36,348 nucleotides of DNA from a virus. A model generated the notes under the pieces. It made no database searches. It worked only from the letters and a program-made list of their open reading frames with translations, and was not told the DNA's origin. How positions within the stretch are numbered: position 1 is the stretch's first letter; each line of letters begins with the position of its first letter. The stretch lies in UHGV virus genome UHGV-0238238; one strand, given 5' to 3'. A program made the position numbers and the translations under genes. Of the stretch, positions 8,569-17,340 are shown piece by piece.

Positions 8569-9156
8569 TTATTTCTCCTTGTATGGTTCTATCTGTTCTT
8601 TCGGCATCCACGCTGTCACGACATCGTACACTATTTCCTTATCTGTCCCAAATTCTTTGTCGCAAGCGTAGACCGAACCTCCATCATCACAAAATTTCCA
8701 CATACCCACTCTATCTATGTATCCGTCGTACACATTGCGCTCTTCCGGATGGTATGTCTTTTCTTCTTCTGGGACCCAGTATGAATAATAGTCTCCAATC
8801 CATTCAGATGAGTGTACAGTAACTTTTACCATTTTTCCGACTTCCGGCAATCTCTCCTCTACCGGAATCCAACTATTATTTGTATTTCGCTGCATAGTTT
8901 CTAAACATTCATTCCACCCAACATTTCTTCCCAAATCATAAGATTCGTGATGCATAACATCCATTTCCCATACTGGCTTCTTCTTTAATGTTCTTATTTC
9001 GTCCATGTGAGAACGGATGATTTTTCTTGCAATATACCATGCAGTAAAACTATCTATCGCAAAATGATGAATGCCTGCTGAATCTTCTATGTCGTCTATG
9101 TTTTCGTCAAATGCTTCTTTTATCTCTTCCAAGATCTTCTCTAGTACGTTCTCCAT
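8569..9156 (-). CDS. DUF551-like phage protein
   Basis: C-terminal WIPVEERLPE... resembles the DUF551 motif common in phage early regions. Confidence 0.4.
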   Translation of the reverse strand: MENVLEKILEEIKEAFDENIDDIEDSAGIHHFAIDSFTAWYIARKIIRSHMDEIRTLKKKPVWEMDVMHHESYDLGRNVGWNECLETMQRNTNNSWIPVEERLPEVGKMVKVTVHSSEWIGDYYSYWVPEEEKTYHPEERNVYDGYIDRVGMWKFCDDGGSVYACDKEFGTDKEIVYDVVTAWMPKEQIEPYKEK

Positions 9157-9168
9157 TATTCCACTCTC

Positions 9169-9492
9169 CTAAAATCCTATATCATCTAAGAAAAAACCAA
9201 TTTCTTCTTCAAATTCTTCTTTTTCAATACCATAATCTTCAAGCATTTCTTCTAATGGAAATACTTCAGACAGTTTTTTCATTAAGTATTCTGCTATTCC
9301 CTCTGTATCATATTCTTCGACAATAGTATCTTTCTGTAAAGGTTGAATCATTCCATCTTTTAAATGATGTGCAAATTCGTCAGCTCCAATAATTATTTTA
9401 TTCCCTTTTGGAATAATTACTTTTTCTCCAAACATCTTCTCTACTTCTATATCACAATTTGATGTTAGGATTTGACCTATTTTGTATTTCAT
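9169..9492 (-). CDS. hypothetical acidic protein (107 aa)
   Basis: ORF, tightly packed with its neighbours. Confidence 0.4.
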   Translation of the reverse strand: MKYKIGQILTSNCDIEVEKMFGEKVIIPKGNKIIIGADEFAHHLKDGMIQPLQKDTIVEEYDTEGIAEYLMKKLSEVFPLEEMLEDYGIEKEEFEEEIGFFLDDIGF

Positions 9493-9719
9493 TTATTCCA
9501 TCTCCTATTCCATGCTTCGATTGCATTTATTTTGCAAGTATTAATACTATTTAGTGCGTTGTCTGCATTTTGCATACTAGGACAATATCCTTCTGCTTTT
9601 GCATAACATTTTTTGCATTCACACCAAATAGTCCAACCAACATTATTTTTTCTTTCCATTTTTATTCTTGCTTCTCCGCCACAAAACGGACATTTCTTTA
9701 ATTCTTCCATGCTATTCAC
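9489..9719 (-). CDS. Lar-family (restriction-alleviation-like) zinc-ribbon protein
   Basis: 76 aa with CPFCGGEA...C..C, the Lar family signature. Confidence 0.5.
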   Translation of the reverse strand: MNSMEELKKCPFCGGEARIKMERKNNVGWTIWCECKKCYAKAEGYCPSMQNADNALNSINTCKINAIEAWNRRWNK

Positions 9720-10029
9720 TCCAATCCAATCTCTGTCCGCAATCCCAACAATAACTTGTGTTCTGTCTTTCGTTCATCATTTCAGTTAAAAGACAATTAC
9801 CGCAAGTAGGACAAGTGTAATATTTGATTTTCCTAATCAAACCATCCTGCATTCCATTTCCTCTAGTTTTCTTCGGCAACTGCTTTTCTAGTGCTTCGAT
9901 TGCTGTTCTTCGTTCTCCTATTTGCTTATCAGTCTTTTCTTTCAATCCTAAATACTCTGGTATTTTCTGTATGATGGTGATTTGAATTTCCATAAGTTCT
10001 ATCGCTTCTCTAACTTTCTTCTCATCCAT
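9712..10029 (-). CDS. zinc-ribbon protein (CPTCGNC...CWDCG)
   Basis: Two CxxC pairs in a 105-aa ORF. Confidence 0.4.
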   Translation of the reverse strand: MDEKKVREAIELMEIQITIIQKIPEYLGLKEKTDKQIGERRTAIEALEKQLPKKTRGNGMQDGLIRKIKYYTCPTCGNCLLTEMMNERQNTSYCWDCGQRLDWSE

Positions 10030-10204
10030 CTAATTTTCCTCCCGTTATTTCCAACCATAAACCACTCTCTCCATCTTTTTCGTAGAGAAAATCTGTCTCT
10101 ATCCCGCAGACCGCCAATTCGGTCATTGTCCTCACGCAATCCTCTGCATCAGCGCATTTGATCGTGTCGCCTTTTCGCAAGCGCGTTTCTTTCACTTTTG
10201 GCAT
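10022..10204 (-). CDS. hypothetical small protein (60 aa)
   Basis: ORF, translationally coupled to its neighbours. Confidence 0.3.
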   Translation of the reverse strand: MPKVKETRLRKGDTIKCADAEDCVRTMTELAVCGIETDFLYEKDGESGLWLEITGGKLDG

Positions 10205-10422
10205 TAGTCTTTTCTCCTACACCTCATATCTTTACAAAAATACAACTCCGTCCCTCTCTTTGTTTTTATATACTCAAAATCTCCGATAATTTCCCGTCCG
10301 CAGTAAGAACAGATATGTACTTCATTTTTCTTCGGATTCTCTTTCTTTTTTTCATAGCTTACTGTAAATACCTCCGCATTAATATCCGGTTTGGATTCGA
10401 CATCGCCCTGTTGAGCCGGCAA
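10204..10422 (-). CDS. small zinc-finger protein (CSYCG...C..C)
   Basis: 72-aa ORF with CxxC...CxxxxC. The start is uncertain because of overlap with the upstream ORF. Confidence 0.35.
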   Translation of the reverse strand: MPAQQGDVESKPDINAEVFTVSYEKKKENPKKNEVHICSYCGREIIGDFEYIKTKRGTELYFCKDMRCRRKD

Positions 10423-10841
10423 CTGGTCCGCACCCAGCCCTCGTGAAACTCCATGTAATTTGCAATGTTGCCAAAGATATCCTTGACCGAAGCTTCCTGT
10501 TTCTTTGACTCAGGCATCATATCGTTATCCTTCAGGAAGTTTTTAAACGTTTCAATGCTCGCATCTATTCCGCTCTCTTCTCTTATTGCTGCATAGATGT
10601 TCTGGATCGTAAGTCCGTATTCGATCATGTACTTAATTTCTCCCTTGTACGGTTCGTATTGTTTTCTTTTATTTTCCATCTTTCTTAACCACATCCTCTT
10701 GTTTGCTATTACCCTCTTTTTCACTTCTTTTCCGGTAATATCCTCAAGCACTCTGCAGATATGCTCATCCGTGCATCCGAGTTTTACCATCTCTTCGATT
10801 TGGAACTGGTACGGATCCAGAAAGTGTGCTGGTCTACTCAT
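10359..10841 (-). CDS. hypothetical protein with HTH-like segments (160 aa)
   Basis: ORF. The 3-prime boundary may be shorter than listed. Confidence 0.4.
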   Translation of the reverse strand: MSRPAHFLDPYQFQIEEMVKLGCTDEHICRVLEDITGKEVKKRVIANKRMWLRKMENKRKQYEPYKGEIKYMIEYGLTIQNIYAAIREESGIDASIETFKNFLKDNDMMPESKKQEASVKDIFGNIANYMEFHEGWVRTSCRLNRAMSNPNRILMRRYLQ

Positions 10842-10947
10842 TTTCCTCTCACCCTCTTCTTTCTCTTGCGCTTGGAGCTAACTTTTGTGTAAAAATCCAT
10901 GTTTCCGTGTCTTTTCTTGCAAATCTTAAACCCATATCTTTTCATGT

Positions 10948-11532
10948 TCATGCCTGTTCACCCTTTAAACTCCACCATGCTTTTGTGTTCTTTCCGTACC
11001 CTGCAGTCTGGATTCTCACGCCAAGTTCTGCCTTTGCTTTCATAATGTCTGACCTTTTAATTCCTGCCGCTTCTGACTCCATGAGCAGTTTCGCTCCGTC
11101 ATATCGTCCACCTTCCATCTTGTCTTGCAGCCACTCTAATGCTTTGTCGTAGTCGGTCTTTGACATCGTATTGACCTTGTCCTTAATCTTTTCCAGTTGG
11201 ACAGTGTTGGTGTTCAGCTTGTTCCAGATTTTCTCAAAATTCTCCTGCATGATTCTGCGATTCTCTAAAATCTCATCTCTGATTACTGTAAGCGCCTGTG
11301 CTGCGGTCATCCCTTTCTTTTCTGGCTCTTTCACCAGACTTCCCGGCTCAAGTCCGAGAAGCAAGCACATGGTTCTTTCAAAATCTTCTGTCTGTTCCGG
11401 GTTCTTTGCCATATTGCAGACAAAAGACTTGCTTCTCCCGAGTTCTGCCGAGAATTTTTCTTTCGTCTTGCCCTGCTTCTCCAATTCCTTGCAGAGCAGA
11501 GCGTAGTTTATTGTTACTTTCTTTGGTTCCAT
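10948..11532 (-). CDS. hypothetical protein, N-terminal HTH-like (194 aa)
   Basis: ORF following the replisome organizer. No ATPase motifs, so not a DnaC-type loader. Confidence 0.45.
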   Translation of the reverse strand: MEPKKVTINYALLCKELEKQGKTKEKFSAELGRSKSFVCNMAKNPEQTEDFERTMCLLLGLEPGSLVKEPEKKGMTAAQALTVIRDEILENRRIMQENFEKIWNKLNTNTVQLEKIKDKVNTMSKTDYDKALEWLQDKMEGGRYDGAKLLMESEAAGIKRSDIMKAKAELGVRIQTAGYGKNTKAWWSLKGEQA

Positions 11533-11541
11533 GATTCCTCC

Positions 11542-12360
11542 TTAATTTTCCGTCAACACATCTCCAAGCGCTTCCATGTCGTATCGTCTGCGTTCAAAAT
11601 TGTTATTATTTCTATGTGTCGGCTCTGATCTAACTGGCATTCTTCCCTTATCCTGTTCTTTGGATAGCCAGGAATTTATAAATCTTGCGATTCCTCTCTT
11701 TGTTTTTCTTCTCGCTTTATTGCTGTCTAACCAAGATTTCATTTTTCTGAGTTCCTGCATCACATCAACAGCAGGAAATAATTCACTCCACTCTGATACA
11801 TTGTCTTCGTAAATCCAATGCTCTGTGTTGTCATTTAATGAGAGTGAGATGACTTTTTTCCGGTCTGGAGCTTCTAGCTCCGGACAAGTAGTATTTATAC
11901 TACTCTTATCTATACTATCCTTACCTAACCTAACCTGGGTTTCCAGAACGTCAACCGCATGGTTACCACTTGGTTGACATGTGGTTGATAACTGGTTGAC
12001 AGATGGTTGACAAGTGGGCGAAAGAACGTATTTTCCGTTCAAATTTTCCAATTTATTCAGCTCATCCAAACATCTTGTCTGTGTGTATCTATCTTTCCTG
12101 ATCGAATTGTTTGTTTTCCAGTCAGAAATCACGATAACGCCACTTTCAAATGGAATGATAAACCCTTTTGCGACCAGTATTTTCAAATCATCTTCCGCTG
12201 CTCCAACCATTCTCACGATTTGCTTCGGAGACGATACAAAGCCGTCATCATCGGCTTTCATGCCGAATTGTAAGTACAGAGCTTGAGTCGATGACGGCAT
12301 TTCAACAAACTTATCTGTGCATACCACATCTGCCGAAAACATTCTTCTGTTCGCCATCAC
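11542..12360 (-). CDS. phage replisome organizer (N-terminal domain family; DnaD-like)
   Basis: N-terminus MFSADVVCTDKFVEMPSSTQALYLQFGMKADDDGFV matches the phage replisome organizer N-terminal family. Iterons are embedded in the gene. Confidence 0.6.
   Translation of the reverse strand: MMANRRMFSADVVCTDKFVEMPSSTQALYLQFGMKADDDGFVSSPKQIVRMVGAAEDDLKILVAKGFIIPFESGVIVISDWKTNNSIRKDRYTQTRCLDELNKLENLNGKYVLSPTCQPSVNQLSTTCQPSGNHAVDVLETQVRLGKDSIDKSSINTTCPELEAPDRKKVISLSLNDNTEHWIYEDNVSEWSELFPAVDVMQELRKMKSWLDSNKARRKTKRGIARFINSWLSKEQDKGRMPVRSEPTHRNNNNFERRRYDMEALGDVLTEN
11950..12015. repeat. Iterons / putative ori. Four direct TGGTTGA(C/T)A repeats at exact 11-bp spacing (11971, 11982, 11993, 12004) plus an inverted copy GTCAACC at 11951.
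   Basis: Read directly. Located inside the replisome-organizer gene, as in lambda O/ori. Confidence 0.6.
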
Positions 12361-12767
12361 TCATCCTCCGCAATATAGACCACCACGCAAGGCGTGTCCG
12401 AGTACACTTTTTCAATTTCCAGACTGGTCACCTGCTTATCATCGGTGTATGCGACTCCGTTCAGTCCATCCAGAATGATTTTTGCGATATTATCCAAGTC
12501 CGGCTTCTTATTCGGCTTTATTTCGCCTTTTAAGGCTTTTTCCTTATTCTTCTTAGACCAGCTCTCTGGAATCGGAAATTTCGCTAAAATACGAACTCTC
12601 AGAGGTATCTCTGTATAAAGAACGCCTGCGCTTTGTTTATAAATCCTCGCAACTCCCTTTTCATATTTCTTGGTTGCGGGTGGTGTGTATGTAATGACCT
12701 TAAATCCGGCTCCGCGGAATCTTGGTCTTGCTTTTCCGACCGGTTTTCCCGGAATTGTAATTATCAT
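12357..12767 (-). CDS. rusA: RusA-family Holliday junction resolvase
   Basis: GKPVGKARPRF, DLDN and DDKQV motifs. 136 aa. Confidence 0.75.
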   Translation of the reverse strand: MIITIPGKPVGKARPRFRGAGFKVITYTPPATKKYEKGVARIYKQSAGVLYTEIPLRVRILAKFPIPESWSKKNKEKALKGEIKPNKKPDLDNIAKIILDGLNGVAYTDDKQVTSLEIEKVYSDTPCVVVYIAEDE

Positions 12768-12880
12768 TCGTTCTCCTTTCTGCTCCCGGAATTACCGGGA
12801 GACAATGAATCTGGCTTACTTAAGGTATTTGTGACGTACTGTGCAGCAGCCATGAACGGGTTACATTTTATAGCAAAGGT

Positions 12881-13261
12881 TTAACCCTTACTAACATAGT
12901 GAAATTCTTGCCGGAACTGTTCTTCTGTTCCGTAGTGCTGCAAATAATACTCCTTGCAGCGTTTTCTTAAGTATCGGTCAACTTTCGATGCATTCTCCCC
13001 TGCCCTTGTTCCGTTTGGATGCAGATCCGGTCTCAGTGGAGCTATGAATCCGTAATCTTCCGAAAGTTCAATTTCTCTCGATGTGTGGCTAAAAATATGA
13101 TGACGCTCCACTCCGTAAACTCCGGTGTACATGCAATGATCCATGTCCTTTGCAAAGATGCTCCACAACTTCTTAGGTCTGCCGGACGTTCTTTGATGTC
13201 CTTTTTTCTTTTTCTTTCGCCTTGGCTTAGGAAATGCCATGTCACTATAATCAATGCTCAT
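12881..13261 (-). CDS. HNH-like nuclease-associated protein (putative)
   Basis: C..YGVERHHIF...HPNG resembles an HNH core. N-terminal poly-K. Confidence 0.35.
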   Translation of the reverse strand: MSIDYSDMAFPKPRRKKKKKGHQRTSGRPKKLWSIFAKDMDHCMYTGVYGVERHHIFSHTSREIELSEDYGFIAPLRPDLHPNGTRAGENASKVDRYLRKRCKEYYLQHYGTEEQFRQEFHYVSKG

Positions 13262-13800
13262 AGTTCAATCCCCCATTTCTGCCTAAGTTCTTCTTTTTCA
13301 TCTGGTGTCAGTAGATCTGCATCCGGTATTCCAACCTCTCTGCAATCTTCCAGCACGCCTTTGATGAGTCTGCTCATTTCCTTGGTGTTATACTTGCTTG
13401 ACCCTTTGTAGCATTGCAGAGTGTGTAATGTTTCAGCTCTCCCTTTTAGGTCTTTTACTTCCTGTGCTCCACGATCTATCACAATTCGGAACACTGACTG
13501 TGCCAGATAGATATCTTTTTCTCGGAGTGGTATGTACTCAAAAGCACCGTGGGATTTTAATTCATTTAGGTACGCTTGCCACCTGGTGATGTCCAACTTT
13601 TCCGCTAATTTATCGAGTAACACCCACAAGTAAGAGTTTGCGTCAAGGCTTCTCTTTGCTCTGTATGGCTTTATTTCAAGCGTTAATTTCTCATAATCTT
13701 TCAACTCATCATAGGCTTGTCGGAAGTCCTCTTCGGATTTGAATAGGATGGTGTGGCAATCTATCAAACGGCCTTTTAATTTTCCTATGAATTTCATCAA
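13258..13800 (-). CDS. ninB: NinB/Orf-family recombination mediator
   Basis: RSLDANSYLWVLLDKL matches the lambda NinB RSLDQNRKLW motif. Confidence 0.55.
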   Translation of the reverse strand: MMKFIGKLKGRLIDCHTILFKSEEDFRQAYDELKDYEKLTLEIKPYRAKRSLDANSYLWVLLDKLAEKLDITRWQAYLNELKSHGAFEYIPLREKDIYLAQSVFRIVIDRGAQEVKDLKGRAETLHTLQCYKGSSKYNTKEMSRLIKGVLEDCREVGIPDADLLTPDEKEELRQKWGIEL

Positions 13801-14417
13801 TCATCACCGTAAGTCCTTTTTATTGTGCTTAACATTGTTGCAGCTTCTGTCTCGGTAAGTGTCTGCTCAGTCCTATTGTTTTCTCTCAACCAGCGTTCAA
13901 GATTGATGCCGTGAGATACGCATAGATTCTTGAGAGTCTTGATTTTCGCTTCAGACGCTCTGTTTTCCCCCGTTTCCGGTATTTGAGCATACATCTTGTT
14001 GTATTCCTCTTTAAGCCACAAATCGAACCCTAAGCCGGTATGTATTGCTACGCACTTCACAAACGCCCTGCACATGCTGTTCCAGACTCTTTGCTGACTC
14101 ATAGAGTTGTCTTTTACAGGGTTTGCCCCATTCATCACAGGTGTTTGCATCTCGTACACTTGATCATCTATCACAACACGGATTCTGGTCTCGTAACATC
14201 TATTTTCAACTCCGTTTTTATCTTTAAACACCGCTTTTGTCATCCTTAGGCTACTTCCTGTTTCTGGGTCTGGAATCGGAGTAAAATAAACATTTTCAGC
14301 CCCATTTTTATGTAATAAATCAATGCACATTGCCCAGTTTAAATAGTCCATACCATCTCTTTTTTCGAGGTATGGTTTTACATCTACTTTCCTCATTTCT
14401 TCATAGCTTTTAAGCAT
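13797..14417 (-). CDS. Rad52-like single-strand annealing protein (Sak/DUF1071 type)
   Basis: YLNWAMCIDLL...VYF and HTGLGFDLW resemble the YLSWA...GLGLYLY motifs of Sak/Rad52-like SSAPs. Confidence 0.5.
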   Translation of the reverse strand: MLKSYEEMRKVDVKPYLEKRDGMDYLNWAMCIDLLHKNGAENVYFTPIPDPETGSSLRMTKAVFKDKNGVENRCYETRIRVVIDDQVYEMQTPVMNGANPVKDNSMSQQRVWNSMCRAFVKCVAIHTGLGFDLWLKEEYNKMYAQIPETGENRASEAKIKTLKNLCVSHGINLERWLRENNRTEQTLTETEAATMLSTIKRTYGDD

Positions 14418-14595
14418 AGGTTTCCTCGCTTTCTTCCTTTACCCAACTCCCGGAGTAAAACCATTCCACCAGCATTTCTTTAAATTCTTTTTGGTCATCC
14501 GGTGTCCCATGCAAGCATCTTTCCAGTGCGTAATCAAATGCTTGGTCATCTGTTACTACCGTGTCTTTTTCCGATCCGATACCTACATACATCAT
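14410..14595 (-). CDS. hypothetical small acidic protein (61 aa)
   Basis: ORF. Confidence 0.3.
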   Translation of the reverse strand: MMYVGIGSEKDTVVTDDQAFDYALERCLHGTPDDQKEFKEMLVEWFYSGSWVKEESEETYA

Positions 14596-14761
14596 TCGTC
14601 CTCCATGCCAATAATTGCTTTTATACTATCTGCGTCCACAAAATTTCCTTCTGCGAACGACAAGAATCCAATTAACGCATCCATCTTCCCATCTAATCTA
14701 CAAAGACGGGCATATTCCTGTTCGCTTACATAAATTTTATTGTTATCCATTGCTTATCCTC

Positions 14762-15436
14762 CTACTCATCCTTAGACAATCTAAACTCCATCAAATCTGC
14801 CAGCATCAAATATTCCTTTGCCAGTCGACTGTCTCCGTGTCGTTCTTTCACCTTTTCTCTAAATTCCCTCAGTGTTCCGTAAAAACATCCACATCTCACG
14901 CTGATTCCGCCGTCTTTCGTGCGGAAAAATGTTGTCGTCCTATTTTCCGATCCGAAGCAGCTTGTAGCAGAATAATCACGGCAGTTTTGAACCCAAGCGT
15001 CACCGTATACCCGAGCGTCACCGCATACCCAAGCGTCACCGCATACCTGAGCGTCACCGAATACCTGAGCGTCACCGCATACCTGAGCGTCACCGTATAC
15101 CCGAGCATCACCGTATACCCGAGCATCACCGCATACCCGAGCATCACCGAATACCTGAGCGTCACCGTATACCCGAGCATCACCGAATACCTGAGCGTCA
15201 CCGTATACCCGAGCATCACCGCATACCTGAGCGTCACCGCATACCTGAGCGTCACCGCATACCCAAGCGTCACCGGATACCCAAGCGTCACCGGACTGGT
15301 CAAGATTATTCTCCCTTTCTATAAATCCGCCCAATTCTCCCTCTGCTACATCACCAAACGACACAAGAGCCTTGATTCTAAAGAGCGTCTTTCCTAAAAA
15401 AGTTACAAATTCGCTGGTTAATTCAAATTTTTTCAT
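14762..15436 (-). CDS. hexapeptide-repeat protein (17 x G-D-A-x-V-x), probable beta-helix/solenoid; function unknown
   Basis: In-frame translation of 17 tandem 18-bp repeats, flanked by unique N-terminal (~50 aa) and C-terminal (~70 aa, Cys-containing) regions. Confidence 0.6.
   Translation of the reverse strand: MKKFELTSEFVTFLGKTLFRIKALVSFGDVAEGELGGFIERENNLDQSGDAWVSGDAWVCGDAQVCGDAQVCGDARVYGDAQVFGDARVYGDAQVFGDARVCGDARVYGDARVYGDAQVCGDAQVFGDAQVCGDAWVCGDARVYGDAWVQNCRDYSATSCFGSENRTTTFFRTKDGGISVRCGCFYGTLREFREKVKERHGDSRLAKEYLMLADLMEFRLSKDE
14986..15298. repeat. 17 tandem copies of an 18-bp repeat (consensus GCGTCACCGYATACCYRA on the plus strand), near-identical
   Basis: Read directly. Generates spurious long ORFs in other frames and on the opposite strand. 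Confidence 0.9.
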
Positions 15437-15522
15437 TTACATTTCTCTCCTTTTCGTCTACAATTTAAATGATTTAATTTCTTGAGTGCTTGAGGGTTGC
15501 CGCCCTGTGACAGCACTCTTTT

Positions 15523-15711
15523 TTAATACCCAAACACCAAATACCACGCCAGCATCGCCAGTCCAAACCCGATCACAGATGCTGCAATCTTATGCCAGTA
15601 GGGCTTGTCTTGCACTTCCGGCAGCTCTACGGAGACTGACCGGATATCCCAGCTATTTAATGTGTTGGGCTGCTGAGTAGTCTGGCAGTGGTATGTTCCT
15701 TTAATTTCCAT
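15523..15711 (-). CDS. small membrane protein (62 aa, C-terminal TM helix)
   Basis: IAASVIGFGLAMLAWYLVFGY hydrophobic tail. Confidence 0.35.
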   Translation of the reverse strand: MEIKGTYHCQTTQQPNTLNSWDIRSVSVELPEVQDKPYWHKIAASVIGFGLAMLAWYLVFGY

Positions 15712-15886
15712 GCTTGTCCTCCTCTAGTTTTACGGATTTCTTATGTTGGATTTCCAGTTCCATTCTGTAATTCTCCAGACAGGCGATTGCATGAAGTTTC
15801 TGCTGTTCGGAATAACCATTCACTCTTTCTGTTGATTCCAGCGCCTGGATGAATTTCTCAATCTGATTGATTGTCAGCCTTTTCAC
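15701..15886 (-). CDS. hypothetical small protein (61 aa)
   Basis: ORF. Confidence 0.3.
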   Translation of the reverse strand: MKRLTINQIEKFIQALESTERVNGYSEQQKLHAIACLENYRMELEIQHKKSVKLEEDKHGN

Positions 15887-16269
15887 AGCTTGTCCTCCAT
15901 TCTACCGCCTAAGCGGTTTTCTCTTCCGTGTAATTTCTTGCTGTCAGAGCTTTGCGGTTTAATTTTTCTGCAAATAATTCAGCGTCCGGCAAGTCTTTGA
16001 CTTCCACTTCTTTTCCGTTGATTACTACAATGTTTTTTATAGTCATTCACACCACCTCTCTAATATGTATGACGGATGGATTGTCCGAGATATGTTGTCC
16101 TATTCATTCTCCTTGTCCTCATTTTCTTCTTCCTTTTTCTGGCTTTTCTGCGATGCCATAGCCTCCGCAAAGCCTAGAAAATATCCTTTATTCATGTCGG
16201 ACATATCCGGCAATGCCTGTGCTACTTTTCTGATAATTTCTTTCTCTTTTTCGCTCATGCGTACCCTCC

Positions 16270-16986
16270 TTATGCTGCATTTAAAAACTTGTTGATAAAA
16301 TACTGCTGACCTTTACCTGTTACTTTGGTTGTTTTGTTAATCCGAACAGAGCCATCTGGATTGACTGATGTTGTCTCTTTCACTTCAAACAGACCTAAGT
16401 TCATTGATTTTTGTGTAGGAGAGTTCCATTCCGTTCCTTTTCTTTTGCTCAGATATCCGTTTTCACGCAACCACTCAAATAACCTTTTCTGTCCTGTTTC
16501 GATGCCGTTTTGCTTTAAAATCTTCGCCAGATCGCCGATTAAGATGGACGTATGACTGGTAGCGACAGCATCCGCAAATATCGCTTTCGGCTTCATTTCC
16601 TCGATCTGTGCTGTCTGCTCTTCGATTGTCTTCTGCGCTTCTAAGACCGCCAGTGCAAGAAGTTCTTTACCCTGTGGAACGTGTTCTTTGATGACGTTTT
16701 CCATCTGGTGAAATCGCTTGATGTATTTTGCTGTGAACTCCGTCCCCTTTACTCCTGTAAGCTTGTGGGCGATGAACTCGCATCCCTCTTTCGTGATTAG
16801 GTAGCACGGATATTCTTTTCCTCTCTCATTTTTATACTTAGATTCCGTAAAGAAATCTGACTCACCAATTTTGGAGAGTGAAAGTTGTTCGATGTATGTG
16901 CGGATATCTCTAAGCAATTTATCATGTGCTTTCCCCACCATCTCAGCCACTTCACGGCTGTCTAATTTCTGTTGTAACTCGTTCAA
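16270..16986 (-). CDS. phage antirepressor (Bro-N/ORF6N N-terminal domain plus KilA-C-like C-terminal domain)
   Basis: N-terminal REVAEMVGKAHDKLLRDIR is typical of ORF6N/Bro-N. 238 aa. Confidence 0.65.
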   Translation of the reverse strand: MNELQQKLDSREVAEMVGKAHDKLLRDIRTYIEQLSLSKIGESDFFTESKYKNERGKEYPCYLITKEGCEFIAHKLTGVKGTEFTAKYIKRFHQMENVIKEHVPQGKELLALAVLEAQKTIEEQTAQIEEMKPKAIFADAVATSHTSILIGDLAKILKQNGIETGQKRLFEWLRENGYLSKRKGTEWNSPTQKSMNLGLFEVKETTSVNPDGSVRINKTTKVTGKGQQYFINKFLNAA

Positions 16987-17034
16987 TACCTTTTACCTCC
17001 TATTTTTATTGCCGTCGTAACCTCCGTGGCGGGA

Positions 17035-17063
17035 TTGCTTTCTTTTCGTTTATCTCCTATACT
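17035..17063 (+). promoter_or_regulatory. sigma-70-like promoter (TTGCTT-17 nt-TATACT) for the plus-strand Cys-rich small ORF
   Basis: Read directly. Followed by RBS AAGGAG and the ATG at 17113. Confidence 0.4.
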
Positions 17064-17112
17064 GTAAATACAGGGCACTGCCATGCCTGAGTATCACGAA
17101 AGGAGCGATTTT

Positions 17113-17340
17113 ATGGGACGTTGTAATTCGCCATTTAACGGCAATCGCTATGTGCTTAATAAAAACACTGGTGAAATCCATGATTTAGACCGCGAAACCT
17201 CGTGCTGCCGCATAAATGATATAAAGTCCGAACATATCTTTAATTGCAGTTCCTATGAGGAAGCTGTTGTTTTTTCTTCCATGCTTGACATCAGAAGAAA
17301 CGGATGCGCTCACTGCATGCCAGAGAAAAACAACGGATAA
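17113..17340 (+). CDS. Cys-rich small protein (75 aa; C4, C32/C33, C46, C65-x2-C68), antisense-embedded moron
   Basis: Own RBS AAGGAG 7 nt before the ATG, and own promoter and terminator. Opposite strand to the surrounding early operon. Confidence 0.5.
   Translation: MGRCNSPFNGNRYVLNKNTGEIHDLDRETSCCRINDIKSEHIFNCSSYEEAVVFSSMLDIRRNGCAHCMPEKNNG

Noticed and set aside
14986-15298. Considered a CRISPR array or a diversity-generating-retroelement variable region
   Set aside because: The units are contiguous with no unique spacers, lie in frame within a protein-coding gene, and no cas gene or reverse transcriptase is present.
14615-15397. Long plus-strand ORF (260 aa) and an internal minus-strand ORF (14896-15303) with repetitive translations (SVTAYPSVT…, VTLGYAVTL…)
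   Set aside because: These are frame and strand shadows of the 18-bp tandem repeat. The in-frame minus-strand gene 14762-15436 has proper unique termini and operon context.
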